Shown here in pieces: positions 7,768 to 16,577 of a DNA stretch of 64,000 bases (positions are counted from its first letter, which is position 1; each line of letters begins with the position of its first letter). The notes beneath the pieces are model-generated. The model did no database searches, was not told where the DNA came from, and saw nothing but the letters and a program-made list of their open reading frames with translations. The position numbers were made by a program, and so were the translations under genes. Where the stretch lies: the NCBI GenBank assembly GCA_030704665.1, contig JAUYID010000009.1, positions 458,460 to 522,459 on the forward strand, read 5' to 3'. Source of the stretch: a bacterium (GTDB lineage Bacteria > Patescibacteriota > Microgenomatia > Woykebacterales > RBG-16-39-9b).

Positions 7768-7887
7768 TCACCTTCTGCGCAGTCCGGAAATGATTGCGCC
7801 CAGGCCGAGAGCGACAAGGATGCCTCCCAGCACCCAGATTGTGCCTGAGTTGGCGACCTCGTTGGCGGCAAGAAACGTTTCAAGCAT
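7768..7887 (-). CDS. 39-aa single-TM micropeptide
   Basis: TATAAT, SD AAGGAGG; MLETFLAANEVANSGTIWVLGGILVALGLGAIISGLRRR. Confidence 0.6.
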   Translation of the reverse strand: MLETFLAANEVANSGTIWVLGGILVALGLGAIISGLRRR

Positions 7888-7967
7888 GATCTGCCTCCTT
7901 GATCGCTACCATTATATTACTCAGAGTAAAGATTTACATTGTCGAAGAGAAGTTTTAAACTTGGTTT

Positions 7968-8321
7968 ATGCCTTATTCAGTTGAAGAAACACGGGATTTT
8001 ACGGTTTATAAAGTGGACAATTTTTTTACCTTTCAGGATATGGACGCTCTTACCGAGCAGTTCGATCAATTGCTTGAGAAAGACCCGGCCGCGCGCGTCC
8101 TGCTTGATTTCTCGGCGCAAACTGGCTATGAAGAGGCAACAATCAAGGCGGCCTTCCGCCGTATCGACAAAGGTTTTCCCCGGAGCCTAAAAATGGCGAT
8201 TCTCTACGCCGGCGAAGGCGGTATTTACAAACACGTTCTAGCAATGCTGGCCGCTGCCATGCCGGAAGTAGCTAAGTTTTTCTCCAGTCGCGCCGAAGCT
8301 GAAGCTTGGCTCAAAAGTTAA
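7968..8321 (+). CDS. SpoIIAA/STAS-like (STAS/SEC14) protein
   Basis: VLLDFS, KMAIL, FFSSRAEAEAWL C-terminus typical of the family. Confidence 0.75.
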   Translation: MPYSVEETRDFTVYKVDNFFTFQDMDALTEQFDQLLEKDPAARVLLDFSAQTGYEEATIKAAFRRIDKGFPRSLKMAILYAGEGGIYKHVLAMLAAAMPEVAKFFSSRAEAEAWLKS

Positions 8322-8455
8322 ATCCCAAAGTAACAATACTATAGGTTGATAGAATTGCACTTTTGTGCTAGAATTCTTCTCGCTGACGGATCACAGCTCT
8401 CGCCTCTTGGTGAGTGCCTTGAATGGTCGTTGGTGAGTGAAAGGAGTTGGCAGAG

Positions 8456-8863
8456 ATGCCAGCAAGAAGTGCGCACGTAGTGCGGGACCTCATGGGGGAG
8501 AAGGTCGCTGGTCTCACGGCCAGTGAAACAGACCCTCTCAATGAGGCGTTTCAGCTGGTGGATGTGATTACCCATCTCAAAGAGTGGGGTTTGTCGCAAC
8601 TGACAGCGTCTGGTAAGGGCTTGCAGGTAGGTCAGTCTGAGGGGAAGACTCTCTACTTGACCGCCAATGGCCGCTTCCTCTTGCGGGTTGTGGACTTGGA
8701 AATTCCGATCGGTGTGCAACAAGCCATCGATATCTTCGGGTTCCATAGCCTCAACCACGCGATCGGTGAAGCCATCATTGCTAGCTTGCAGAATTGCCGG
8801 GCCAACAATGAGTACTGGGCAGAGCTTTCAAAGCGTGCCGAGGAACTCTTGAAGGCCATCTAG
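8456..8863 (+). CDS. Hypothetical protein
   Basis: TTGATA-17-TAGAAT promoter, SD AAGGAG. Confidence 0.65.
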   Translation: MPARSAHVVRDLMGEKVAGLTASETDPLNEAFQLVDVITHLKEWGLSQLTASGKGLQVGQSEGKTLYLTANGRFLLRVVDLEIPIGVQQAIDIFGFHSLNHAIGEAIIASLQNCRANNEYWAELSKRAEELLKAI

Positions 8864-9082
8864 CCTGTTGTCCTCTCAACTAGATATGTAAGAGATCAGA
8901 GAAACACAAAGGCATCCTAAACTTTCCCGGGTTTTTGGTGCTCACTCTTCAGCAATGGAGAAAAACGGGAGCAAGAAAAGGAGAGGTTAAGACCAACCAC
9001 AAGAAGTGGAACTACTGGCTTAACGATCAACAGGCAGCATTAATGGAGAACATGTTAAATCTCCAGAATCATGTTGCCGAAT

Positions 9083-9117
9083 CCTAAGACAATCAAGAAA
9101 TTGGTTGGTTTAGGAAG
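9083..9117 (+). repeat. Conserved hairpin, copy 1 (CCTAAGACAATCA..TGGTTGGTTTAGGAAG)
   Basis: Identical stem arms to the copy at 9687-9724, different loop. Confidence 0.8.
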
Positions 9118-9167
9118 TTTCATGATCCAAATGTGTTCGTGGGCTTTAGCTTCTGAAAGGAGTGGGA

Positions 9168-9563
9168 ATGGATCTCTATTTAATGCCGGGTGAACCTGGG
9201 TATTTGTGGACCTTTCTTTGGGAAGCACTTCCCTATTCGGTCCAAGTACGAAATGGTAAGGTCCTTCGACTGGTGGGAATAACTGACCATGTTAAACCCA
9301 AAAGGGATGGGCGTGACCATTTTATTCTCGCAAAAACACTCGCCAATCTGGACATTACTCGAGTAACAGTCAGGCTCAACGAAGCAGCCCTGGAAAAGTT
9401 TGCGGCTTTGGAAGAGCAAGCCCCTGTTTTGATGGGGTCCTTCACACTAACCTCGGTTTCTGGTTCATCGTCGGCCAGTTTGACCAGAATAGTTCGTGCA
9501 GATGGAATTCTTCCAATCACCGATGTACTTTCGGAAGCCGAAGCGCGAGACCGTTTTAGGTAA
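9168..9563 (+). CDS. Hypothetical protein
   Basis: SD AAAGGAG before ATG 9168. Confidence 0.65.
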   Translation: MDLYLMPGEPGYLWTFLWEALPYSVQVRNGKVLRLVGITDHVKPKRDGRDHFILAKTLANLDITRVTVRLNEAALEKFAALEEQAPVLMGSFTLTSVSGSSSASLTRIVRADGILPITDVLSEAEARDRFR

Positions 9564-9686
9564 CGACAAGGCCCGACCCCTTTTTTGCCCTCAAAATCCT
9601 GTCTCGCGAGAGAGAGGTAGTCACGGTTACCACTGGAGGTTTCCCGTCGACTCAATTAAAAAAGGTTATCTAAAAACCTCCAACTC

Positions 9687-9724
9687 CCTAAGACAATCAT
9701 TTAATTGATGGTTGGTTTAGGAAG
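9687..9724 (+). repeat. Conserved hairpin, copy 2
   Basis: See 9083-9117; followed by terminator CGAGC/GCTCG-TTTTT. Confidence 0.8.
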
Positions 9725-9762
9725 AGACGCGAGCTGAAAGGCTCGTTTTTCTTTGGCCAAAA

Positions 9763-9815
9763 TGTCATTCTTGACCTGCTTGAGAATCTAGATCCTCATC
9801 TACACGAGGATGACA
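9763..9815. repeat. REP-like palindromic element (GTCATTC...GATCC...GGATGAC)
   Basis: TGTCAT/ATGACA termini with two internal hairpins. Confidence 0.5.
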
Positions 9816-9827
9816 ATCATGAAACTT

Positions 9828-10043
9828 TTAACTAACTGCTCTTGGGGCTTTTTTGGTTTGGAGGAGAAGTTTTTTTGCAGCTTTTGCAGCCAGTTCTTCT
9901 TCGACAATTTTTTGACAATCTTTGTCAGGACACACGTAGACATAGCGTACGGTGTTGACAGTATTCATGATGAGAGTTTTTTCTTTCCCGCGCACCCGTT
10001 CTTTTCCACAACGAATACATGGATTGCTGATTGTATCAGTCAT
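9828..10043 (-). CDS. Small zinc-ribbon protein
   Basis: CIRC ... CPDKDC. Confidence 0.7.
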   Translation of the reverse strand: MTDTISNPCIRCGKERVRGKEKTLIMNTVNTVRYVYVCPDKDCQKIVEEELAAKAAKKLLLQTKKAPRAVS

Positions 10044-10079
10044 TTAAATCAATTCTGGGCAGTTGGGCAGGTCCAAGCC

Positions 10080-10346
10080 TTATCGGCTTGGTCGTTCTTC
10101 ACGAGGTCTAGCCTCGTTAACGACGATGGCTCGGCCATCAACTTCTTTACCATTAAGCTCAGAGACAGCTTTGGTAGCTTCCTCATCGCTAGACATTTCT
10201 ACAAAACCGAAACCTTTGCTTCGGCCAGAGAACTTGTCCATGATAACGTTTGCTGACTCGACTGTGCCAGCAGCTGAGAAAATCTCAGCGAGTTGTTGAT
10301 CGGTAACGGTATAAGGTAAGCTACCGACGAATAATCTTTTAGCCAC
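10080..10346 (-). CDS. RRM RNA-binding protein
   Basis: RNP2 LFVGSL, RNP1 KGFGFVEM. Confidence 0.95.
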   Translation of the reverse strand: MAKRLFVGSLPYTVTDQQLAEIFSAAGTVESANVIMDKFSGRSKGFGFVEMSSDEEATKAVSELNGKEVDGRAIVVNEARPREERPSR

Positions 10347-10517
10347 TATTATGGCTCCTTTCACACTTTACTACCAACTATCTAACTTTCACTACACAAG
10401 GGAAAACTTGGAGATTTGCTAGAGCGGAGTAAAACTTATTTATAATAAGGGAATTATATACATAGTTGAGGGTACTTGTCAAAGTTAGCAACCTTTTCAG
10501 AACGAGATAACCAAAGT

Positions 10518-10796
10518 TTAAACTAAATCATCGGGACTTGGCGTGTAGGGTTTTGGTGTTTGGGCAGTTGGTTCTACTTCGGTTTCTGAGCTGATTTGGT
10601 CTGAGAACTGCTGGACACGGCCAATAATTCCTGAAGTGAGTCTGACTTTATGGCCTCGAGGATGGACTTCTTTGCTGGTCAGGACATCTTTGACGGTTCC
10701 ACTGGTAAGTTCTCCACTGCCGTAGTCTTTCTTCTGAACTACAAGAACTTTCTCCCCCACTTTGGGTTTGCGTGAGCCAACGATATAATCACTCAT
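10518..10796 (-). CDS. YwbE (DUF2196) family protein
   Basis: G..KDVLTS..HPRGHKVRL..G.IGRV motif. Confidence 0.8.
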   Translation of the reverse strand: MSDYIVGSRKPKVGEKVLVVQKKDYGSGELTSGTVKDVLTSKEVHPRGHKVRLTSGIIGRVQQFSDQISSETEVEPTAQTPKPYTPSPDDLV

Positions 10797-11043
10797 GATG
10801 TTTGGTTTTCTTGCGGTGGTGGGCTTCTAGCTCCTCATCATGAGAAATGATAAAGGCGAGAAAAAGGGCTGCTGAAGCAAAAGTAAAGAGGAAAAAAGTC
10901 GTTTTCAGAAGTGGTGAACAGGATACTAGGGCCGGGTTTCCAGCTGGAACAAAAGGAGCTGAACAGGCGGTTACCAGCGCGTAGTTGATAAAAGCTGCAA
11001 GAGCCAAAACCGCGGCTCCGGTAAAAAAGAACCACTTCTTCAT
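10789..11043 (-). CDS. Hypothetical 2-TM protein
   Basis: Two TM helices with a Cys pair in the loop; overlaps the next gene. Confidence 0.6.
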   Translation of the reverse strand: MKKWFFFTGAAVLALAAFINYALVTACSAPFVPAGNPALVSCSPLLKTTFFLFTFASAALFLAFIISHDEELEAHHRKKTKHHE

Positions 11044-11113
11044 CTTTCAATTTTACCAGATTTGGGAACCCGTTGGGTTGAGGGAGACTGGGCGGGGCGT
11101 TCCCAGTCTCCTA

Positions 11114-11746
11114 TTAGGGCAGATATTCCAAAGGATCGACTCTCACACCATTGACGATGACTTCGAAGTGCAAGTGTGGGCCAGTTGAGTAGCCGGTCGC
11201 ACCAAGTAAGCCGATGACTTGACCTTGAGTTATTTTTTCTCCTTGCTTGACCTTAAGACGGTTGAGATGAGCGTAAAGAGTTTCTACCCCTGGTGTCATC
11301 TCGAAGAAACCGTCACTGAGAAGCGGGCCAGTTTGCTCGAAGATGACGATGTAGTAGCCGTAGCTGCAGCAAGGGTTACCTCCAGAGAAAACCACTTCCC
11401 CGTTTGTGGAAGCGATGACTGGTTCCCAGGCTCGCTCGTTGCCGTCGATGTCAATTCCCAGAGGATGACTTGGTCCGTAAGGCGAAGCAAGCGGACCTTC
11501 AAAGGGCCAGACAAGACCTTCCTCGGAAACTCCTTTTGGTGAGGAGTAAACGGTGACCTCTTTAGTTTCTCCGAGGTTGGAGACTAGGTAAACAGTCTGG
11601 GGATTGCCCAGTTTTGTCCCTTCCGGTTTTGGCGCTGCAATCAGCCCGATCAGCGAGAAGCCAAAGAGGAAAGTCCCGACCGCCATACCGAGCACTTGCC
11701 TTCCAGTTGGAACGTGAGCGTTCCTCACGAGAATCTCTCCCTCCAC
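11114..11746 (-). CDS. M23 family metallopeptidase
   Basis: HPLGID, YAHL, STGPHLHFEV. Confidence 0.9.
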   Translation of the reverse strand: MEGEILVRNAHVPTGRQVLGMAVGTFLFGFSLIGLIAAPKPEGTKLGNPQTVYLVSNLGETKEVTVYSSPKGVSEEGLVWPFEGPLASPYGPSHPLGIDIDGNERAWEPVIASTNGEVVFSGGNPCCSYGYYIVIFEQTGPLLSDGFFEMTPGVETLYAHLNRLKVKQGEKITQGQVIGLLGATGYSTGPHLHFEVIVNGVRVDPLEYLP

Positions 11747-11763
11747 TCTCTTCCTTGAATTGT

Positions 11764-12234
11764 CTAGTTGATTAGTTTAACAGGATCTTGCAACTGCAAG
11801 TTCTTTTGATCAAAAAACCCTGCCGGGATTTCAAGAACCTCAGTTACTTTGTCTGGAGAAGAAAAGATCGGAATTGAAGTTCCGGTTGGGACAGGTGCAG
11901 ACTTTTCTACCCCGATGACCTTCCCTTGATCAATCCAGATGATATCAATCGAAAAAAGCATGTCTTTCATCCAGAAAGTCTGCCGGCTTCTTTCTTTGAA
12001 AACAAAATACATGCCAGTATCTGCTTTTAGCTCGGCTTGCCCGCTCAAGCCGCGCACGATTTTTTCGTGGCTATCAGCAATTTCGACGGAAATTTGTTGG
12101 CTGCCAATTTTCAGTAGGTGAGTTTCGCCCTTCGTAGTGGTGGGTTTGCTCGTCTGGAAAGTCAAATAGAGACTAACCAAAACAGTCAGAATCAGAAAAA
12201 GGCCAAGAAGTATAGTCAGGAGGCTAGGCTTCAT
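11764..12234 (-). CDS. DUF192 family protein
   Basis: VEIAD..RGLS..GMYF..FWMKDM..IDIIWI..VLEIPAG. Confidence 0.85.
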   Translation of the reverse strand: MKPSLLTILLGLFLILTVLVSLYLTFQTSKPTTTKGETHLLKIGSQQISVEIADSHEKIVRGLSGQAELKADTGMYFVFKERSRQTFWMKDMLFSIDIIWIDQGKVIGVEKSAPVPTGTSIPIFSSPDKVTEVLEIPAGFFDQKNLQLQDPVKLIN

Positions 12235-12249
12235 AAAAATATTTTACCT

Positions 12250-12499
12250 CAGAAAACGGAGAGGCGCACGAAACTGAGATACTGTGGTTGATTTCCTGTA
12301 CCAAAGCTCGTGCGCCGTTTTCCCTTCTTCCACATTTTTACCCTATCGAGTGGTCCAGGGAAGCTAGCCTTTCTGCAAGGGGCTTTCAGTCTCGACAAAG
12401 CAGTTGATCTCTTTGATGCTGAGGGGGTTTCGCACCAGTCGTTTAGGCGGCGGGTACTAGTTCGGGTGCTCGGTGCGAAACCCAGAAGGAACCTCAGCG
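12250..12499 (-). ncRNA. Putative structured RNA or 5' leader of the DUF192 gene
   Basis: TTGCAT-18-TAAAAT; 12-bp perfect helix 12425-12436/12472-12483; terminal stem 12263-12271/12308-12316. Confidence 0.5.
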
Positions 12500-12557
12500 C
12501 CTTAATTTTAGAACTGCTTGTTCGGCAAATGCAAGATAGTATTTGGGGTGGGGGGGG

Positions 12558-12907
12558 GAAACAGAGAAAGCGCACAGTGAGAAGTCCATCCAGCGTTTAG
12601 CTTGACAGCACTGTGCGCTTTACTCTCTCCTAGTGGGTGCCGGGTGGTTAGTTAGCCAATCTGTAAATCAACTAACCCTGGTACTTTTCAGGGGGTGGAG
12701 TACAAGACAAAATCACCCGGCTCTAACTTTCTTCTTGGCTCTGCGGACCATCAGACAGTGTTGATGGAAGAAGATTCAAGGAGGAGAGACGTGCGCCTCA
12801 CGCGGAGTTGCTCGCCTTTCCAGAGAACGATGGCCGTTTGAACGCGAACCATGGGGATAAGCGAACACAGAGATCAGTCCCTCTCCAAGTTTGATCTCTC
12901 ACAGAGC
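12558..12907 (-). ncRNA. Putative ~350-nt structured RNA divergent from dinB
   Basis: TTGCTA-17-TAAAAT; helices AGAGATCA/TGATCTCT, TCTCTCCT/AGGAGAGA, GCCGGGTG/CACCCGGC, GGTTAGTT/AACTAACC; 13-bp terminal stem. Confidence 0.6.
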
Positions 12908-12996
12908 TTGGTTATTTTACAAATTTAAACTAAATTTAGCAAGTGATACACTTTGTCCGAATTGACTCTTTCGCTCTTCTTTCGGATAATATAAAC

Positions 12997-14214
12997 ATGT
13001 CTGCTCGTAGCTACTGGATGCATCTCGATCTCGATTGTTTCTTTGCTTCGGTTGAGATCAAACTTAACCCATCGTTGAAAGGTAAACCAGTCTTGGTTGG
13101 TGGTGTCAATCCCCAAGGAAAAAGTGTTCCTCGGGGTGTCGTCGCCACTGCCTCCTATGAAGCGAGAAAATTCGGTTGCAAGAGCGGGATGCCTCTTTTC
13201 CAAGCCTTAAAACTTTGTCCGGGGGCTAGCGTTGTCGGTGGTCATTACCAAGACTATATTTCTGCTTCGCGTCAAGTCATGGCGATTGCGGCTCGTTGGG
13301 CCCCAAAAGTTGAGCAGATCGGTATTGATGAAGCTTTTCTCGACTTTTCAGGAACCGAGGTTATTTATCCAGATTTAAAGACAGTTGCCGAAAAAATCCG
13401 TGCCGAGATCAAAAAAGAAGTTGGAATCATAGCTTCAATTGGTTTGGCCGCGACCAAAGTAGTCGCCAAAGTCGCTTCAGATTACGACAAACCTGACGGC
13501 TTTACTTACGTTCCCTCTGGAACCGAAAAAACCTTTCTTTCTCCTCTAGCCGTCCGCGATTTGCCCGGAATTGGGCCCAAAACGGAGATTTATTTTCTGG
13601 GTTTGGGAGTGAAAACTCTAGGCGAAGTGGCGTCTTTACCAGCAGAAAAAATTAAAAGTTTCGATAAGGCTCTGACTGGTCTGTGGAGAGCGGCGAACGG
13701 TTTCGATAACGTTTGGTACACTCCCCGCCTGACGGCTAAGTCAGTTTCTCGTAGCGAGACTTTTTATACCGATCGAGATGACGAAAAGTTTATTTTGGCA
13801 ATGCTAAGGAAGTTAACTGAGTCAGTTGGTGAAGAGTTGCGAGCCGAAGGGTTTTCGGGGCGTTGTGTTTCAGTAACAATTCGTTATTCTGACTTCCGGT
13901 TTATTTCTCGACAGCGTGTTCTCCCCTATCCAACCAACATAACTAAAGAAATTTATGATCTGGGAGAAATACTGCTGGAAGAACTTTGGGATTCAAAAAC
14001 GCCGTTGCGTTTGGTTGGGATTGGGATTTCTCAGTTTGAAGACAAAAAGCAGCCGACACTTTTTGAGGGTCTGCGAACAAAAAGACTTGAGCTTGAAGAA
14101 AGAATTGATAGCTTAAGAAATAAATATGGTAAAGATGCGGTCGTTCCAGCTAGCCAAATGCTCCTCAAGGGAAATTCCAAAGATTTTGAAGAAATAAGTT
14201 TCAGAAGAAAATAG
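12997..14214 (+). CDS. dinB: DNA polymerase IV (Y family)
   Basis: HLDLDCFFASVE, SYEARKFG, GIDEAFLD; leaderless start after TTGACT-17-GATAAT. Confidence 0.95.
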   Translation: MSARSYWMHLDLDCFFASVEIKLNPSLKGKPVLVGGVNPQGKSVPRGVVATASYEARKFGCKSGMPLFQALKLCPGASVVGGHYQDYISASRQVMAIAARWAPKVEQIGIDEAFLDFSGTEVIYPDLKTVAEKIRAEIKKEVGIIASIGLAATKVVAKVASDYDKPDGFTYVPSGTEKTFLSPLAVRDLPGIGPKTEIYFLGLGVKTLGEVASLPAEKIKSFDKALTGLWRAANGFDNVWYTPRLTAKSVSRSETFYTDRDDEKFILAMLRKLTESVGEELRAEGFSGRCVSVTIRYSDFRFISRQRVLPYPTNITKEIYDLGEILLEELWDSKTPLRLVGIGISQFEDKKQPTLFEGLRTKRLELEERIDSLRNKYGKDAVVPASQMLLKGNSKDFEEISFRRK

Positions 14215-14220
14215 GTTCTA

Positions 14221-15185
14221 AAAACGAGAGCGGCGCGCAGGGTGATCGTCATCGAGGGCGATGTGACGGTACTCACTTACTACGCGCCGTTCCAACACAG
14301 AACTGGGGGAGCTCTGGTGTTGGTAAATTTGCCTGGCGACTGGGCGTATCCGGACGGGTGTCCAGACTGAAGAACTCTCTGGCGGAGAACGCATCAGCGC
14401 TGTACAGCTTCCCGAATCACCAGGCCCTCCCAGAGTCGCGCACGTGAGTGGCGAGCTGTAGAGGCAATTTAAACCCGCTTCAGACCGCAGCAATTGCTTG
14501 CGCTGTCCAAAGAAGGAGTGATCTCAGTCTCCCCTTTTGTACCGTGCTACTAGAGGGGATTCCGGGGGCGGTTTTGCCGACCCAATTAATTAAGGATTAC
14601 TCATTCCCAAAGTCTTGGTACACGGCCAAGACAAGCTAATAGCCAAGGTTGGGCGGGACTTAAGGGGTACCCTCCGTGCTCCAATTTTCTGAAGATCACG
14701 GACTATAACCATCCCCTCTTTCGGCCTTGGCGATTCCCCAGTACGGCGGTCAGGAGAAGTCGACGCCCGCAGTTACCGACTGCACGTTCACTAGGTAGCT
14801 CGCTTGCGCGGCACCAGCGACGAGTCGGCAGACACACAAAGGTATCAACGCGGGGCGTGGTTCGAAGCTGTCGGGACTATTACCTTTACGCGTGCAACAC
14901 GCACCGAAATGCATGGCCGCGAGGAGTTAACCCTTGAGAGGGTACCCGACTCTACGTCGTTTGAACGACGCTGCTGGACGCTACCTGCCGCCGTACTGGA
15001 TGAATCCGAGAGTTTCCCACCGAGGTGAGCTTTCCTTGCGGATGTTCGCCGCTAGGATGCCATTTAGAGGCCGGACCGACACTGCCGGATCCGTTCTGCC
15101 CCTGTTACCTCGGTGGGGTCCCGAAGGACAAACTACTCTCTAGTTTCCTAAAGAGCGGATTGTCCGTCAGGACATCTCGTTTCTC
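14221..15185 (-). ncRNA. Large (~960 nt) multi-domain structured RNA of unknown family
   Basis: Two tandem TTGACA-17 promoters upstream; 5'/3' ends pair (15175-15182 with 14222-14229); many nested helices; UUCG/GNRA loops and G-U pairs on the minus strand; no credible ORF. Confidence 0.8.
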
Positions 15186-15369
15186 TACTTTCTAAATAGT
15201 CAAAGTACGTATGCAAATTTAAGACAAAGATTTCTTTTTGTCAATAAAGCTGCGCTATATTAGCAAAAAATGAAAATAATGTCAAGACTATAGGACGCTC
15301 GTATTTGATATCTCCTGCCGGAGATCAAATACTGCGCATCCTGCGCTCATCGATCTTGGGATTTCAAGA

Positions 15370-16533
15370 CTAAATATTCTTCTCAGTATCGGGGATGGTT
15401 AGTTTGTAGCGAATTTGTTGGTAAGCAAAGCGAATTGCGGCGTTGATCAGGTAAGTTAAAGCTAGCAAAATTAGGAAGTAAATGACCCCAAAACCAGTGA
15501 TAGCCGGAAAAGTTTTGTTGGTCATGTAGCTAAGGATGCTAGCCACGACTCCGATGGTGGTAATCGCGGTCAAAGAGGAAATTTGTTTGCCGGTACTTTT
15601 CCCTTCGAGCTCAACTAGAATTTGGATGGCGCTGGCCAAGTAATCTTTGGTCATCGCCCAGAGTTCTTTGATGTAAGCGTGAGTATCATCCAAAGTTTCA
15701 AATTTGTACTGAAAGAGAGTGGAAAGTTTTTCCTCCACCTCAAGTTTTTTGGAAATTGAGCTGCGAGTTGCAACATAAATACCCATTTGGTTGATACGGT
15801 TGTTGATCAAATTAATCGTTTTTTGGTAGCGGTCGAGTTGACCACGAATTTTCTCGACCTCAGCTCCTTTGACCACCTTGCGTTCTTTGATATCGGCAAT
15901 TTCCTCCCAGACTTTGCGGTGGATATGGAGATACTTTTCCAGCTGGTCTTTGAACTCGCGAAAGAAAATCTGCATCTCAACCAGGTCAGAGGCGGTTTCA
16001 GCTCTCTTCGCAACGATAAAGATAAATTTGTGAGTTTTGTAGACAGTCACGTCTGGTGAATCAATTTTGCTGTAAACCTCTCCAAACTGCTCTTTGTCAA
16101 TGGTAAAGCTTGCCGGTTTTGGGTCTTCAAAAGAAACTACCGTTGGATGGCTGATTTTGATGTTAGCTAGGACTTTGGGGGTAGGGGCGCCTAGGGAAAA
16201 AAGATAGCTGAGGGCGGGGTTAAAAACATTTTCAAAGTAATCCTCGAGGAGTTTTTTGCTCGCCAAAATGTCAGTTGAGGTTAGTTCCAGAATGTAAAGA
16301 CCGTCTTCATAATAGCGAACTTCAATCCCCTCCCCGCTAGTTGCTTTGACGTATTCTAAATAGCCTACTTCACGGCTGACGTGGGTCAGTTTCAAACTTT
16401 CTCGCAGTTTCTCTAGTTTTTCTTTTGGAAGCTCGGTATAGGTATGAGCATGAGCAAAAAAATTGTAAATTTCCGAGAGATGTAGTGTGGTGCGTTGGTA
16501 CCAGCCACCGTAAGTAATTTTGTAGTTGGGCAT
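15370..16533 (-). CDS. Conserved hypothetical protein with coiled coil and two C-terminal TMs (CorA-like architecture)
   Basis: Long ORF; start refined to MPNYK. Confidence 0.75.
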   Translation of the reverse strand: MPNYKITYGGWYQRTTLHLSEIYNFFAHAHTYTELPKEKLEKLRESLKLTHVSREVGYLEYVKATSGEGIEVRYYEDGLYILELTSTDILASKKLLEDYFENVFNPALSYLFSLGAPTPKVLANIKISHPTVVSFEDPKPASFTIDKEQFGEVYSKIDSPDVTVYKTHKFIFIVAKRAETASDLVEMQIFFREFKDQLEKYLHIHRKVWEEIADIKERKVVKGAEVEKIRGQLDRYQKTINLINNRINQMGIYVATRSSISKKLEVEEKLSTLFQYKFETLDDTHAYIKELWAMTKDYLASAIQILVELEGKSTGKQISSLTAITTIGVVASILSYMTNKTFPAITGFGVIYFLILLALTYLINAAIRFAYQQIRYKLTIPDTEKNI

Positions 16534-16577
16534 GCATACAAATATTGCCTGAAAGAAAAATTGAAAGCAAGGGGCTT

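Noticed and set aside
14218-15143. Short ORFs in the track overlapping the large RNA (also those at 2500-2877, 12249-12600, 22178-22551)
   Set aside because: No RBS, atypical composition, mutually overlapping; the sequence is better explained by base pairing.
14221-15185. Group I or group II intron (TTATAGTCC resembles the group I S element)
   Set aside because: No upstream GACUA partner for P7, no domain V, no interrupted gene, and it has its own promoters.
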